Notes under the pieces: generated by a model
What the model was told of the DNA's origin: nothing
Database searches by the model: none
The model's input: only the letters and a program-made list of their open reading frames with translations
Source of the DNA: an uncultured delta proteobacterium
GTDB taxonomy: Bacteria; Desulfobacterota; Desulfobacteria; Desulfobacterales; SG8-13
Reading direction: 5' to 3'
DNA length: 64,000 nt
NCBI GenBank assembly: GCA_963848135.1
Contig: CAWKCK010000003.1
Location: 682,001-746,000 of the forward strand
Part shown: positions 9,769-18,990 of the stretch, piece by piece
Layout: each line of letters begins with the position of its first letter
Numbering within the stretch: position 1 is the first letter of the stretch
Translations under genes and position numbers: made by a program

Positions 9769-9916
9769 AAGGAATAACCGTTGCCCGTTCGCGGCACGTT
9801 TTTTTAGTGGGGATACACATACAGATTAAGTCTTAAGGATGGGTTCGGGGTTTCGCCGCCGGCCGGCGGTGTAAACTCGTTTAAATAGACGTCAAACAGA
9901 GGAGAGGAGACTAAAG

Positions 9917-11104
9917 ATGAAGAAGGTTATGCTGGTTTCACTGAGCGTGGTGCTTGCTGTCATGTTGTTCGTACCTTTTCAAGCCGGTGCCAAAGACCCG
10001 GTTAAAATCGGTGTGCTCGTTCCCTTGACCGGTATCGTGGCCCAGGGCGGGCTCGAGATGAAATACGGGATCGAAATGGCGGCAGCCGAAAAAGGAACGG
10101 TTCTGGGGAGACCGATCGAGCTGCTGGTGGAAGATACCCAGGTCAAACCACCGATTGCCGTGACGAAAGCCGAAAAACTGGTTTACAAGGACGGCTGCAA
10201 AGCGCTGATCGGGGTTTTCTCCAGCGGTGTGGGGTTGGCCCTGGCAAAAAACATCGACAAGCTCAACGTGCCATTTGTCAGCACGCACGTCATGACAACC
10301 GCATTTTACGGACTGAATCCGCTTGTTTTTAGGAGCGGTCAGCTGGCCAACGACCAGACGGCCGTGGGCAATGTAAAGGGAATCATGGCTCGGCCCGATC
10401 TGAAGGAGAGGACGTATTACGTGATCGTGCACGACTACGCCTGGGGACACGACGCCGGTCAACGCTTCATCGAACTGGCCAAGCAGAACGGTATTAAAAT
10501 CTACAACGAAGATTTCGATAAAGCCCCCATCAAAACCAAAGATTGGTCCTCCTACATCAGCAAGATCAAGGCCTCCGGTGCCGATGGCATCTATATCGCT
10601 TTCATTACCAACGTCATCCCTGTATTTGCCAAACAGGCTTACGATTTTGGTCTCCAGAAGCAGGCCAAAATCGTATCGGCCGCCGCGCCAGGGCCGGTAG
10701 AGCTGGAAGCCGGTGGGGAAGCCTGTTACGGGATATTCGGAGCGTCGGACTGGTCCTGGGACGTCAAAAACCCGATCTCCGAGAAATGGGCAATGGACTT
10801 CTGGAAGAAATACAACACCATTCCTTCCGATGCGGCCGTTCACAGCTATGTCGGGGCCATGAACCTTTTCAATGCCATCGACAAAGCCGGCAGCACTGAC
10901 CCTCAAAAAATCGCCGATGCCCTCAGAGGCATTAGTTTTGACGGCCCTTACGGCACGGTTCGAATCTCCGCCAAAGACAATTGCATGCGCAACGATGCCG
11001 TCCTGACGGAAACGATGGCCGCGCCGGCGAATCCATACAACGCCAAGGTGTACATGAAAGTGCTGGAGACCTTTAAGGCAGATGAACTTGGCCCACCGGA
11101 GTGA
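9917..11104 (+). CDS. ABC transporter substrate-binding protein, LivK/LivJ-like
   Basis: Signal peptide, VKIGVLVPLTG, LGRPIELLVED and DYAWG. Confidence 0.92.
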   Translation: MKKVMLVSLSVVLAVMLFVPFQAGAKDPVKIGVLVPLTGIVAQGGLEMKYGIEMAAAEKGTVLGRPIELLVEDTQVKPPIAVTKAEKLVYKDGCKALIGVFSSGVGLALAKNIDKLNVPFVSTHVMTTAFYGLNPLVFRSGQLANDQTAVGNVKGIMARPDLKERTYYVIVHDYAWGHDAGQRFIELAKQNGIKIYNEDFDKAPIKTKDWSSYISKIKASGADGIYIAFITNVIPVFAKQAYDFGLQKQAKIVSAAAPGPVELEAGGEACYGIFGASDWSWDVKNPISEKWAMDFWKKYNTIPSDAAVHSYVGAMNLFNAIDKAGSTDPQKIADALRGISFDGPYGTVRISAKDNCMRNDAVLTETMAAPANPYNAKVYMKVLETFKADELGPPE

Positions 11105-11242
11105 TCTCTCATTTTAGCGATTTTTTACTATCGCGGTGTCAGCGTTTTGCGATGGGAACGGACCAATTCATCCGCTTCAAGTTGAATTTTCGGTTGCCAC
11201 CGCGCGCTTGACCCGTTTGCGGTGTAGGAATATCGGCCAACA

Positions 11243-11289
11243 ATCACCGGGGTGCGGGTTCGCCTGATGATGACCCGTAACCCGGTGAT
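11243..11289 (+). other. Intergenic stem-loop between the SBP and permease genes (mRNA-stabilising or attenuating)
   Basis: ATCACCGGG...CCCGGTGAT with an inner CGGGT/ACCCG pair. Confidence 0.55.
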
Positions 11290-11330
11290 ATCTATCCTTT
11301 CAAATTTTTTTAAGGACGCGGCAATCCGAA

Positions 11331-12209
11331 ATGGGCGGATCAATCAGTACGGCAGTAGATATTATCCTTAACAGCCTCGTGTTGGGCGGTGTCTTTTTGA
11401 TCGTGGCGATCGGTTTAAACATCATTTATGGCTTGAGCCGCGTGATGAATCTGGCCCACGGCTCACTTTATGCCGTGGGCGCCTATGCCGGTTATTCCAT
11501 TGTTGGTATAGGGTTTAACTATTTCGCAGCTATCCTTCTTGCACCCGTTCTGGTGGCGGCCGTGGGTTTAGCGCTCGAAAGAACGATTATCGCGCCGATG
11601 CGAAAAAGATCCATGATCTATACGCTTATTCTGACGTATGGCTTGATGTTTTTTCTGGACGGCATGATCAAATATATTTGGGGAAATGAACCGCGTTTTA
11701 TTGAACTTCCGGCAATGATTCAATCGACAATACCCATTTTGGGTACCCAATATCCGGTCTTCCGGCTGGTTATGCTGCTCATAACAGCGGTGGTGATGAC
11801 CGGTCTCATGCTATTGTTAAACAAAACCAAAATTGGAATTATTTTAAGGGCATCCAGTACGATTCCGGAAATGGTCTCCTGCCTGGGTGTGAACATGAAA
11901 CATGTTCACATCGGCGCTTTTGTTTTGGGGTGTGTTTTGGCTGGAATCGCCGGCACCATTGCCGGGCCTCTGACCACCATTGACCCCCTTATGGGCCATG
12001 AAATGTTGATCAGCTCATTTGTTGTCATCGTGATCGGAGGGCTGGGGAGTTTGAGGGGCGCCGTTATCGCCGCGCTTCTCGTCGGTGCTGTGCAGACTTT
12101 GGCAGAATTTTTCATCACCGATCTGGCGATGGTGATCGTTTATATGCTGATGGCATTGATCCTGGCTTTTATGCCTCGCGGGCTTTTGGGAGAAGGAAAA
12201 TTTGAGTAA
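11331..12209 (+). CDS. livH: Branched-chain amino acid-type ABC permease
   Basis: AIGLNIIYG..VMNLAHG and VIVIGGLGS motifs. Confidence 0.9.
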   Translation: MGGSISTAVDIILNSLVLGGVFLIVAIGLNIIYGLSRVMNLAHGSLYAVGAYAGYSIVGIGFNYFAAILLAPVLVAAVGLALERTIIAPMRKRSMIYTLILTYGLMFFLDGMIKYIWGNEPRFIELPAMIQSTIPILGTQYPVFRLVMLLITAVVMTGLMLLLNKTKIGIILRASSTIPEMVSCLGVNMKHVHIGAFVLGCVLAGIAGTIAGPLTTIDPLMGHEMLISSFVVIVIGGLGSLRGAVIAALLVGAVQTLAEFFITDLAMVIVYMLMALILAFMPRGLLGEGKFE

Positions 12210-13204
12210 TGGATAAATATCTGACGTTACCGGATAAGCAGCCGGGGTTTTCTTGGCCGAAAATCGTTGTCATCCTCATTGTCATCGCCGGCTTGACGGT
12301 GTTCCCTTTTGTCATTACCAACCGGTTTTATATCAGCCTGGTCAATGAAATGCTGATTTACGGTTTGCTGGCCATGAGTTTGGATGTGCTGCTGGGCTAT
12401 ACCGGATTGTTGTCGTTCATGCACAACGCCTACCTTGGTATCAGTGCCTATGCCGTCGGATTGTTTTTGATCCATATTTCCCCCTCCTCCCTTTGGCTGG
12501 CATGTTTGGCCGGCGTTCTTTTCACTGCCTTGGTGGCCCTGCCCGTGGGTTGGGTTCAGGTGCGTACCGGCGGGTTGGCCTTTGCCTTGCTTACATTGGC
12601 TTTCGGAATGATGTTTCATACCATTGTATGGAAATGGTACAGCCTGACCGGGGGGGACGACGGCCTGATGGGTATGCCCAATCCGGCTATCAGCCTTTTC
12701 GGATGGGAGATCGCCAATTCAGGCGACCCCACCGCGATGTATCTGCTGACGCTCGTTGTTGTTACCACCTGCTATATTCTCACGCGTCGCATCATTCGAT
12801 CACCGTTTGGGGCGGTCCTTGAGGCCATTCGGGAAAATGAAGAACGTGCCGCCTTCGTCGGAATCAATGTGCGTATGTACAAGCTGCTCGGATGGATGCT
12901 GGCCTGTACACTGGCCGGTGTTGCCGGCGCACTGTTCATTCTCTACAAAGGCTACATCGGCCCCACGACCATGAGTGCTTTTGCCGGTGCCGGCGTTTTG
13001 ATGATGCTGCTACTCGGCGGAATGGGGACGCTATGGGGGCCATTGGTGGGCGCGGCCATTTTTATTTACATTCAAGATTATATCAGCACAATGTCGGAAC
13101 ACTGGGAGATCTATTTGGGAATCGTGGTGGTGCTTCTGGTATTGTTCATGCCGACCGGATTTGTTGGTCTTGGCGGTTACTTAAAACGGCTGAGAAGGAG
13201 TTAA
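12209..13204 (+). CDS. livM: Branched-chain amino acid-type ABC permease
   Basis: LGYTGLLSF, TGGDDG, SPFG..L.AIRENE and LLGGMGT motifs. Confidence 0.9.
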   Translation: MDKYLTLPDKQPGFSWPKIVVILIVIAGLTVFPFVITNRFYISLVNEMLIYGLLAMSLDVLLGYTGLLSFMHNAYLGISAYAVGLFLIHISPSSLWLACLAGVLFTALVALPVGWVQVRTGGLAFALLTLAFGMMFHTIVWKWYSLTGGDDGLMGMPNPAISLFGWEIANSGDPTAMYLLTLVVVTTCYILTRRIIRSPFGAVLEAIRENEERAAFVGINVRMYKLLGWMLACTLAGVAGALFILYKGYIGPTTMSAFAGAGVLMMLLLGGMGTLWGPLVGAAIFIYIQDYISTMSEHWEIYLGIVVVLLVLFMPTGFVGLGGYLKRLRRS

Positions 13205-13213
13205 CACAGCGCT

Positions 13214-13960
13214 ATGGAAGCCTTTTTATGCACGGAAGACCTGTGTCGCCAATTCGGTGGCGTGACGGCCACGGACTGTGTGTGCATCAATTTCGAGGAG
13301 AACGGGCTGCGCTCCATCATCGGTCCGAATGGCGCCGGGAAAACAACCTTTATCAACATCGTTACCGGCCGTATACCTGCCAGTTCAGGCAAGGTCATTT
13401 TTCAGGGTAAAGACATTACCAACAAACCCACCCACGAATTGGTAAAAATGGGCATCTGCCGGACATTTCAGATTACCAGTGTATTTCATAACCTGAGCGT
13501 GTTCGAAAATGTCAGGATTGCGACCCAAGCCCGCCGGGGCGGATCATTAAAAGTGTTCTCACTCAAGAAAAATCTGCGCCAGGTAACCGAGCAGACCTGG
13601 ACCATCCTGGAACGGCTCGGACTGCAGGACCTGGCCAGTGAGCCGGCCAAGAATCTGGCTTATGGCGATCAGAGAGTTTTGGAGGTGGCCATTGCCATGG
13701 CTGGTACGCCGAATATTTTGTTTTTGGACGAACCGACCGCCGGTATGTCTCCAGCCGAGACACATCGTATATCTGGATTGATCAAGGGATTGTCAGGGGA
13801 AATTTCCATCGTTCTGGTTGAGCACGATATGGACCTCGTGATGAGCATATCCGATGCCATCACAGTTCTGCATTACGGCAGCATCATTGCCGAAGGCCGG
13901 CCCGAAGAGATACGAAACAACGCGATGGTGAGGGAGGCCTATCTTGGAAAAGAAGGATAG
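13214..13960 (+). CDS. livG: Branched-chain amino acid-type ABC ATPase
   Basis: GPNGAGKTT, RTFQ, LDEPTAG, VEHD and VREAYLG. Confidence 0.93.
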   Translation: MEAFLCTEDLCRQFGGVTATDCVCINFEENGLRSIIGPNGAGKTTFINIVTGRIPASSGKVIFQGKDITNKPTHELVKMGICRTFQITSVFHNLSVFENVRIATQARRGGSLKVFSLKKNLRQVTEQTWTILERLGLQDLASEPAKNLAYGDQRVLEVAIAMAGTPNILFLDEPTAGMSPAETHRISGLIKGLSGEISIVLVEHDMDLVMSISDAITVLHYGSIIAEGRPEEIRNNAMVREAYLGKEG

Positions 13961-14666
13961 AATTCTGAATATCGAGGAAATACAGACTTATTATGATGAA
14001 AGCCACGTTATTCAGGGCCTTTCGCTGCATGTGGAAAATAGTGAAGCCGTTTCCATTTTGGGGCGCAACGGCGTCGGAAAGACAACGACCTTGAGATCGG
14101 TGATGGGACTGACGCCTCCTCGATCCGGAAAAATTACTATCGCTGATAAGGATACCACCAAATTACCACCCCACGCGATATCCAAACTGGGGGTGGCCTA
14201 TGTCCCGGCCGAAAGACATATTTTCCCAGGAATAAATGTAGAAGAGAATCTCAAGTTGGCCGCTCGCCCTGGCAATGGCAGCAATTCTTGGACCATAGAA
14301 AGAATATACGACCAGTTTCCTGTTCTCGCCGACCGAACCAAACAAGATGGCTCGACCCTCAGCGGCGGCGAACAACAAATGTTGGCCATCGGCCGGGCAC
14401 TGATCAGCAACCCCAAAATCATCATCATGGATGAACCTTCCCAGGGGTTGTCCCCCCTTCTGGTGGATATTGTCACCGAGTGTATTCAAAACTTTTGCGT
14501 CAATTCAGGCATTACGCTGCTGGTGGTGGAACAAAACTACCGCATGGCTCTGAAGGTGGCCAGCCGCCATTATTTGATGGGAACGAAAGGAAAGATCGCC
14601 GGCATTTCATCCACGCAAGAATTAATTGATGAGCCTGAAATTATTCAGAAACATCTGTCTGTTTAG
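13944..14666 (+). CDS. livF: Branched-chain amino acid-type ABC ATPase
   Basis: GRNGVGKTT, LSGGEQQMLAIGRAL, MDEPSQGL and VEQN. Confidence 0.93.
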   Translation: MEKKDRILNIEEIQTYYDESHVIQGLSLHVENSEAVSILGRNGVGKTTTLRSVMGLTPPRSGKITIADKDTTKLPPHAISKLGVAYVPAERHIFPGINVEENLKLAARPGNGSNSWTIERIYDQFPVLADRTKQDGSTLSGGEQQMLAIGRALISNPKIIIMDEPSQGLSPLLVDIVTECIQNFCVNSGITLLVVEQNYRMALKVASRHYLMGTKGKIAGISSTQELIDEPEIIQKHLSV

Positions 14667-14753
14667 TTACCGTTGAGCAATAAGATATAATTCGTCTTGC
14701 CGTTTCCAGTAGAGAGGAGATGGTGAACAGTCTGTTATGAGTTGGAGGAAAAA

Positions 14754-15770
14754 ATGACACTTAAAGAAAGATTTATGAAACGGCTAGAGGGCAAAGAGGT
14801 GGATGTGACCCCCGTCGGTTGTACAACCACATACGGTGTCGTGGATATCATGAAAAAAGTAGGGGCCGAAAGGCCTTTCGCCGACACCGATCCCAAAGCC
14901 ATGGCAACTTTGGCCCTGGGATATGTCGAGGCCGGTTTCGAGTGGTGCAAGGCGATGGGTTGGGATATCACGCCGGTGAGCGAAGTGATGGGGTGTACGA
15001 TCGGTGAACCCAAAATCGACCTGCAGAAATTTATCAAGGCGCATCCTTTTTCCGAAAGCCTGGACGGTCTTGGGTACCCCGACAATTTGTTTGAGAAAGG
15101 GCGGTTTCCAGCTTACAAAGAGCAGTTCAAGATTCTGAAAGACAGACTCGGTGACGCGGTGGCTGTTTTCGGAGAATCGGAGGGCGCCTGGACATGTGCC
15201 TGCAACCTCGTGGGTACGGAACAGTTCCTGAAATGGACGTTCAAAGAGCCGGGCAAGGTTCAACAGGTGTTGGATGTCGCAACAGCGGTTGTGGTCGATG
15301 TCATCAACTGGGCTTTCGATCAAGGCGCGGACTACTATGTTCTGGCCGAACCTTCCTCCGGCCCGGCGCTTATGAGTCCCAAGACCTGGGAAAAATATGT
15401 CCTGCCGATGATGAAATCGGTCTGCCAGAAGACCAAAGGGCCGATCGTATTGCATATCTGTGCGAATACCGACAAGATCATTTCTCTTATGTGCGATACC
15501 GGAGTGGCCGGAATCAGCATTGAGGAAAAGGCCGACTTGAAAAAGGCGGTCAACGTTGCCCACGAAAAGGGTGTACGGGTTTTCGGGAATGTCGCCACGG
15601 CAACAACCCTCTTCATGGGTACACCAGAAGCCTCATATGCTGAGGCGATCGCCTGCATAGAAAGCGGCACCGACTTTCTCACTCCCGGATGCGGGATCGC
15701 GCCGCTGTCGCCACTTGTCAACGTGCTGCAACTGCGGAAGGCACGTGACGATTTTTTCAAGATCGGATAG
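14754..15770 (+). CDS. MtaA/CmuA-family methylcobamide methyltransferase (UroD fold)
   Basis: MTLKERF N-terminus, Zn motif LHICAN, GISIEE, GNV and PGCGI. Confidence 0.82.
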   Translation: MTLKERFMKRLEGKEVDVTPVGCTTTYGVVDIMKKVGAERPFADTDPKAMATLALGYVEAGFEWCKAMGWDITPVSEVMGCTIGEPKIDLQKFIKAHPFSESLDGLGYPDNLFEKGRFPAYKEQFKILKDRLGDAVAVFGESEGAWTCACNLVGTEQFLKWTFKEPGKVQQVLDVATAVVVDVINWAFDQGADYYVLAEPSSGPALMSPKTWEKYVLPMMKSVCQKTKGPIVLHICANTDKIISLMCDTGVAGISIEEKADLKKAVNVAHEKGVRVFGNVATATTLFMGTPEASYAEAIACIESGTDFLTPGCGIAPLSPLVNVLQLRKARDDFFKIG

Positions 15771-15935
15771 CTAACGCCAAACGTGTTCCTGTGAACGAAA
15801 AGGCCTTCTAAATACCTTGTGTGCTCGCACAAACAATTCGATTAAATACAAGAAGATAGGTACGCATTCAAAAACCTTTGTTCAATTAATCTTTATTTTA
15901 GCAACATAGAATTTATGGAAGGCGAAGCAACCCTT

Positions 15936-15981
15936 ATATTATAAATATCAGATGTTTTGATATTTATAATATTTGTTGACA
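15936..15981. promoter_or_regulatory. Perfect 15-bp inverted repeat with putative GntR operator and -35 TTGACA, upstream of the ureohydrolase-mmsA-rSAM operon
   Basis: ATATTATAAATATCA-7nt-TGATATTTATAATAT; contains AAATATCAGATGTTT; TTGACA at 15976-15981. Confidence 0.72.
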
Positions 15982-16104
15982 TTTTGAGGCACTTATGTCA
16001 GCTGATGCAATATCATCGTGGCAATTAACCTTGTTCATTGGCGAACGGTTGGGTGTCGTCAACTGGATTCGCAATCGAACAACCAATAACTGACGAACTT
16101 AAAC

Positions 16105-17175
16105 GTGATACGGTCCCCAGAACAAAGCGTCTTCCTGTTCGGTTGTCCCCTGGACTGCGACGAGAAACATGACGCCATCCAGGAAAAGCTCTCCGAACCG
16201 GTCGCCCATGCCCGTTCCGATGACCCGCTGGTTGCGGTTGCAGAGGCCCTTTCAATGCGGGTGCCGCAAAGCGAATGGGAATATGGTGGATCTCTTGAAG
16301 TGCCCGGCTGGCTTCGGCCCATTCCGGACAAAGATGAGCGATCCGGCGTCCTTGTCGAGGCGTACGTTCATTTCATTGATCAAAACGGATGCCGTGATTT
16401 TGCAGATGGTGTTGCCGAGACTGTTCGTTCGCAAATTCTGCCGCGTTTTCCATGTATGGTCACTGTCGATCATTCTTTAACCGGGGGCGTCTACCGGGCC
16501 TTGGCAGAACATTACGGCAAAGACAGACTGTCTTTGCTCGTCATCGACAGTCATACCGATGCGGTTCCCATGTCGAAGCTGGCCGGGGCGATTTCATATG
16601 ACATGGATACCAATCCAAACTCACCGTTCGATCCGACCGACCCGTATCTGAATAACCGACCTGAAAGCTACAATGCCAGTTCCTTTCTCCACTTCATTCT
16701 GGCAGAGGGTTATATAGACCCCTGTGACCTCTATATCTTAGGTGTTAGCGATTTCCCCGACAAAAAGGCTTTTCGGCTAAAGGATTCGAGGATTGCTGAA
16801 TACCTTGCGGTATACACTGAGCTGAGGAAAGGCGGTGCAACGCTCATCACCAAGGATGAGTGCCGATTGAAGCCGACTAAAATTAAAAATCTTCTAAACA
16901 AAATCCGCACGCCCTATGCATATGTGTCTGTTGATATGGATATTGGTGCCCGAAATGCACTCGACGGTGTTCGCTTTCGCAACTGGCAGGGCCTTTCTGA
17001 AAATCAAATTTACCGTTTAGCGGATACAATAGCCCAGACTGGCGGACAAGATCTGAAAATCGTTGGTATGGATATTACCGAAATCAACCCCAGAGCGGCC
17101 GGGAAGCCGCGGGGAGAATCGGTTGATCGCACGTATCAAATAGCGGCGAATTTGATCGAACGCTTCGTTTTTTGA
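16105..17175 (+). CDS. Arginase/agmatinase (ureohydrolase) family protein, divergent
   Basis: VDHS, IDSHTD, SVDMD and DITEINP binuclear-metal motifs; GTG start uncertain. Confidence 0.82.
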   Translation: MIRSPEQSVFLFGCPLDCDEKHDAIQEKLSEPVAHARSDDPLVAVAEALSMRVPQSEWEYGGSLEVPGWLRPIPDKDERSGVLVEAYVHFIDQNGCRDFADGVAETVRSQILPRFPCMVTVDHSLTGGVYRALAEHYGKDRLSLLVIDSHTDAVPMSKLAGAISYDMDTNPNSPFDPTDPYLNNRPESYNASSFLHFILAEGYIDPCDLYILGVSDFPDKKAFRLKDSRIAEYLAVYTELRKGGATLITKDECRLKPTKIKNLLNKIRTPYAYVSVDMDIGARNALDGVRFRNWQGLSENQIYRLADTIAQTGGQDLKIVGMDITEINPRAAGKPRGESVDRTYQIAANLIERFVF

Positions 17176-17283
17176 ATAATTTTTGAAACAAACGGTCAGG
17201 TTGGAGCTGCAAGATCGTGACCCATAAAAGTTAAATGATCACAATATTGGCTGGTCGCAAAAAATGAGAAAGGAGTCAGAAGA

Positions 17284-18879
17284 ATGCTTGAAAAGAAAAA
17301 GGAACGATACTTTGTCGACAGCGGGGCGACAGAGGCCGGTGATGCACCGAAAAAACTCAAATATTGCATCGGGGGGCAATGGCTGGAGTCCAAGACAGAC
17401 AATTACATGAACTGCTATAATCCGTCCACGGGTGAAGTCATTGCTCTGGCGCCCCAGTGCACAGCGGATGAGGTGGAGATGGCCGTCACGGCGGCCAAAG
17501 AGGCCTATCCTTTGTGGGCTGATACGCCGGTGGCCAAACGCGTGCAGGTGCTGTACAGAATGAAACACCTGCTGGACACGCACCTGGAAGAACTCACCTA
17601 CCTTCTGGCGATGGAAAATGGTAAAAAGTGGGCCGAAGCCATGGGGGATGTGCTCAAGGTGACAGAGGTCGTGGAGTTTGCCTGCGGTGCACCGCATCTG
17701 ATGAAAGGCGAGTCGTTGATGAATGTCAGCACCGGCTACGACACGGTACAGTACCATCATCCTGTAGGGGTTTTTGCCGGTATTGCCCCCTGGAATTTTC
17801 CGGCGATGATCCCGCATGGTTGGATGACCCCCATCTGTATCGCCACGGGAAACTGCATGATCCTCAAAGCCGCCAGTTTCGTTCCCCAGTCTTCCATGCG
17901 AATGATGGAACTGTGGCAGGAGGCCGGGATTCCCGACGGGGTGATCAACGTCATCACCACCGGTCGTAACGAAGCGGAACTCCTGCTCAGCCACCCGGAT
18001 ATTGCGGGAATTTCCTTTGTCGGCTCCACGAAAGTGGGATTGCACATATACAAGACCGCTGCCGCCAGCGGCAAGCGTGTTCAAGCCCTGTGTGAGGCAA
18101 AAAACCATGCTTTGGTCCTTAGAGATTGCAAGCTTGAACGGACCGCCCAAGGCATTATCAATGCTTTCTGTGGTTGCGCGGGCGAGCGTTGCATGGCCCT
18201 TCCGGCCATCGCCGTGGAAGAATGCATTGCCGATGAACTGGTGGGTCTGTTGAAAAAATACGCGTCGGAAATGAAGCTGGGTCCGGCTTACGAAAAAACG
18301 ACCGATATGGGGCCGGTAGTCAACGAAGGGCACATGAAATTCGTATCGAATTGGATCCAGACCGGGATCGAGGAAGGGGCCGTACCTGTGGTAGACGGCC
18401 GCAACCCCCAGGTGCCGGCTGGTTGCGAAAAGGGATTTTTCATTGGACCGACGATTCTCGATCATATTACCGAAGACATGTCCGTCGGGCGGGAAGAGAT
18501 ATTCGGGCCAGTATTGTGTGTTAAACGGGTGAAAAATTTCGAAGAGGGAATCACCCTGATGAATAACAGCCGTTTTGCCAATGGATCGGTGATATATACG
18601 CAAAACGGTTATTATGCGCGTGAATTCGCCAAACGGACGGATGCCGGCATGGTCGGTATCAATGTGGGTATACCGGTCCCGCTGGGAATATTCGGCTTCA
18701 CCGGGCATAAACAATCCTTCTTCGGTGATCTGCATGTGATGGGCAAAGACGGATTTGCCTTCTTTACCGAAACCAAAAATGTCACCAACACATGGTTTTC
18801 GGAAGACGAAGATTATAAGGCTTGCAAGGTCGATACCTGGGATGGAACCATTACCTCTCTGCCGGTTGACGACAAATAA
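17284..18879 (+). CDS. mmsA: CoA-acylating (methyl)malonate-semialdehyde dehydrogenase
   Basis: PWNFPAMIP, SFVGST, KRVQAL.EAKNH, GERCMA and GMVGINVGIPVP. Confidence 0.9.
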   Translation: MLEKKKERYFVDSGATEAGDAPKKLKYCIGGQWLESKTDNYMNCYNPSTGEVIALAPQCTADEVEMAVTAAKEAYPLWADTPVAKRVQVLYRMKHLLDTHLEELTYLLAMENGKKWAEAMGDVLKVTEVVEFACGAPHLMKGESLMNVSTGYDTVQYHHPVGVFAGIAPWNFPAMIPHGWMTPICIATGNCMILKAASFVPQSSMRMMELWQEAGIPDGVINVITTGRNEAELLLSHPDIAGISFVGSTKVGLHIYKTAAASGKRVQALCEAKNHALVLRDCKLERTAQGIINAFCGCAGERCMALPAIAVEECIADELVGLLKKYASEMKLGPAYEKTTDMGPVVNEGHMKFVSNWIQTGIEEGAVPVVDGRNPQVPAGCEKGFFIGPTILDHITEDMSVGREEIFGPVLCVKRVKNFEEGITLMNNSRFANGSVIYTQNGYYAREFAKRTDAGMVGINVGIPVPLGIFGFTGHKQSFFGDLHVMGKDGFAFFTETKNVTNTWFSEDEDYKACKVDTWDGTITSLPVDDK

Positions 18880-18931
18880 AGCCGGAATTATTTAGCGCCA
18901 ATTGCGTGACAAACCAATGAAAGAATGCTAA

Positions 18932-18965
18932 CAGGCTCCAATTCCATAAAGAGGATTGGGGCCTG
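18932..18965 (+). terminator. Stem-loop between mmsA and the radical SAM gene (leaky terminator or stabiliser)
   Basis: CAGGCTCCAAT...ATTGGGGCCTG followed by CTTTG. Confidence 0.45.
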
Positions 18966-18990
18966 CTTTGCTGTGGCCGAAACATTTCGC

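Noticed and set aside
17239..18735. 498-aa minus-strand ORF and similar long antisense ORFs (e.g. 9938-10906, 23728-24519)
   Set aside because: Shadows of well-supported genes in GC-rich, codon-biased DNA.
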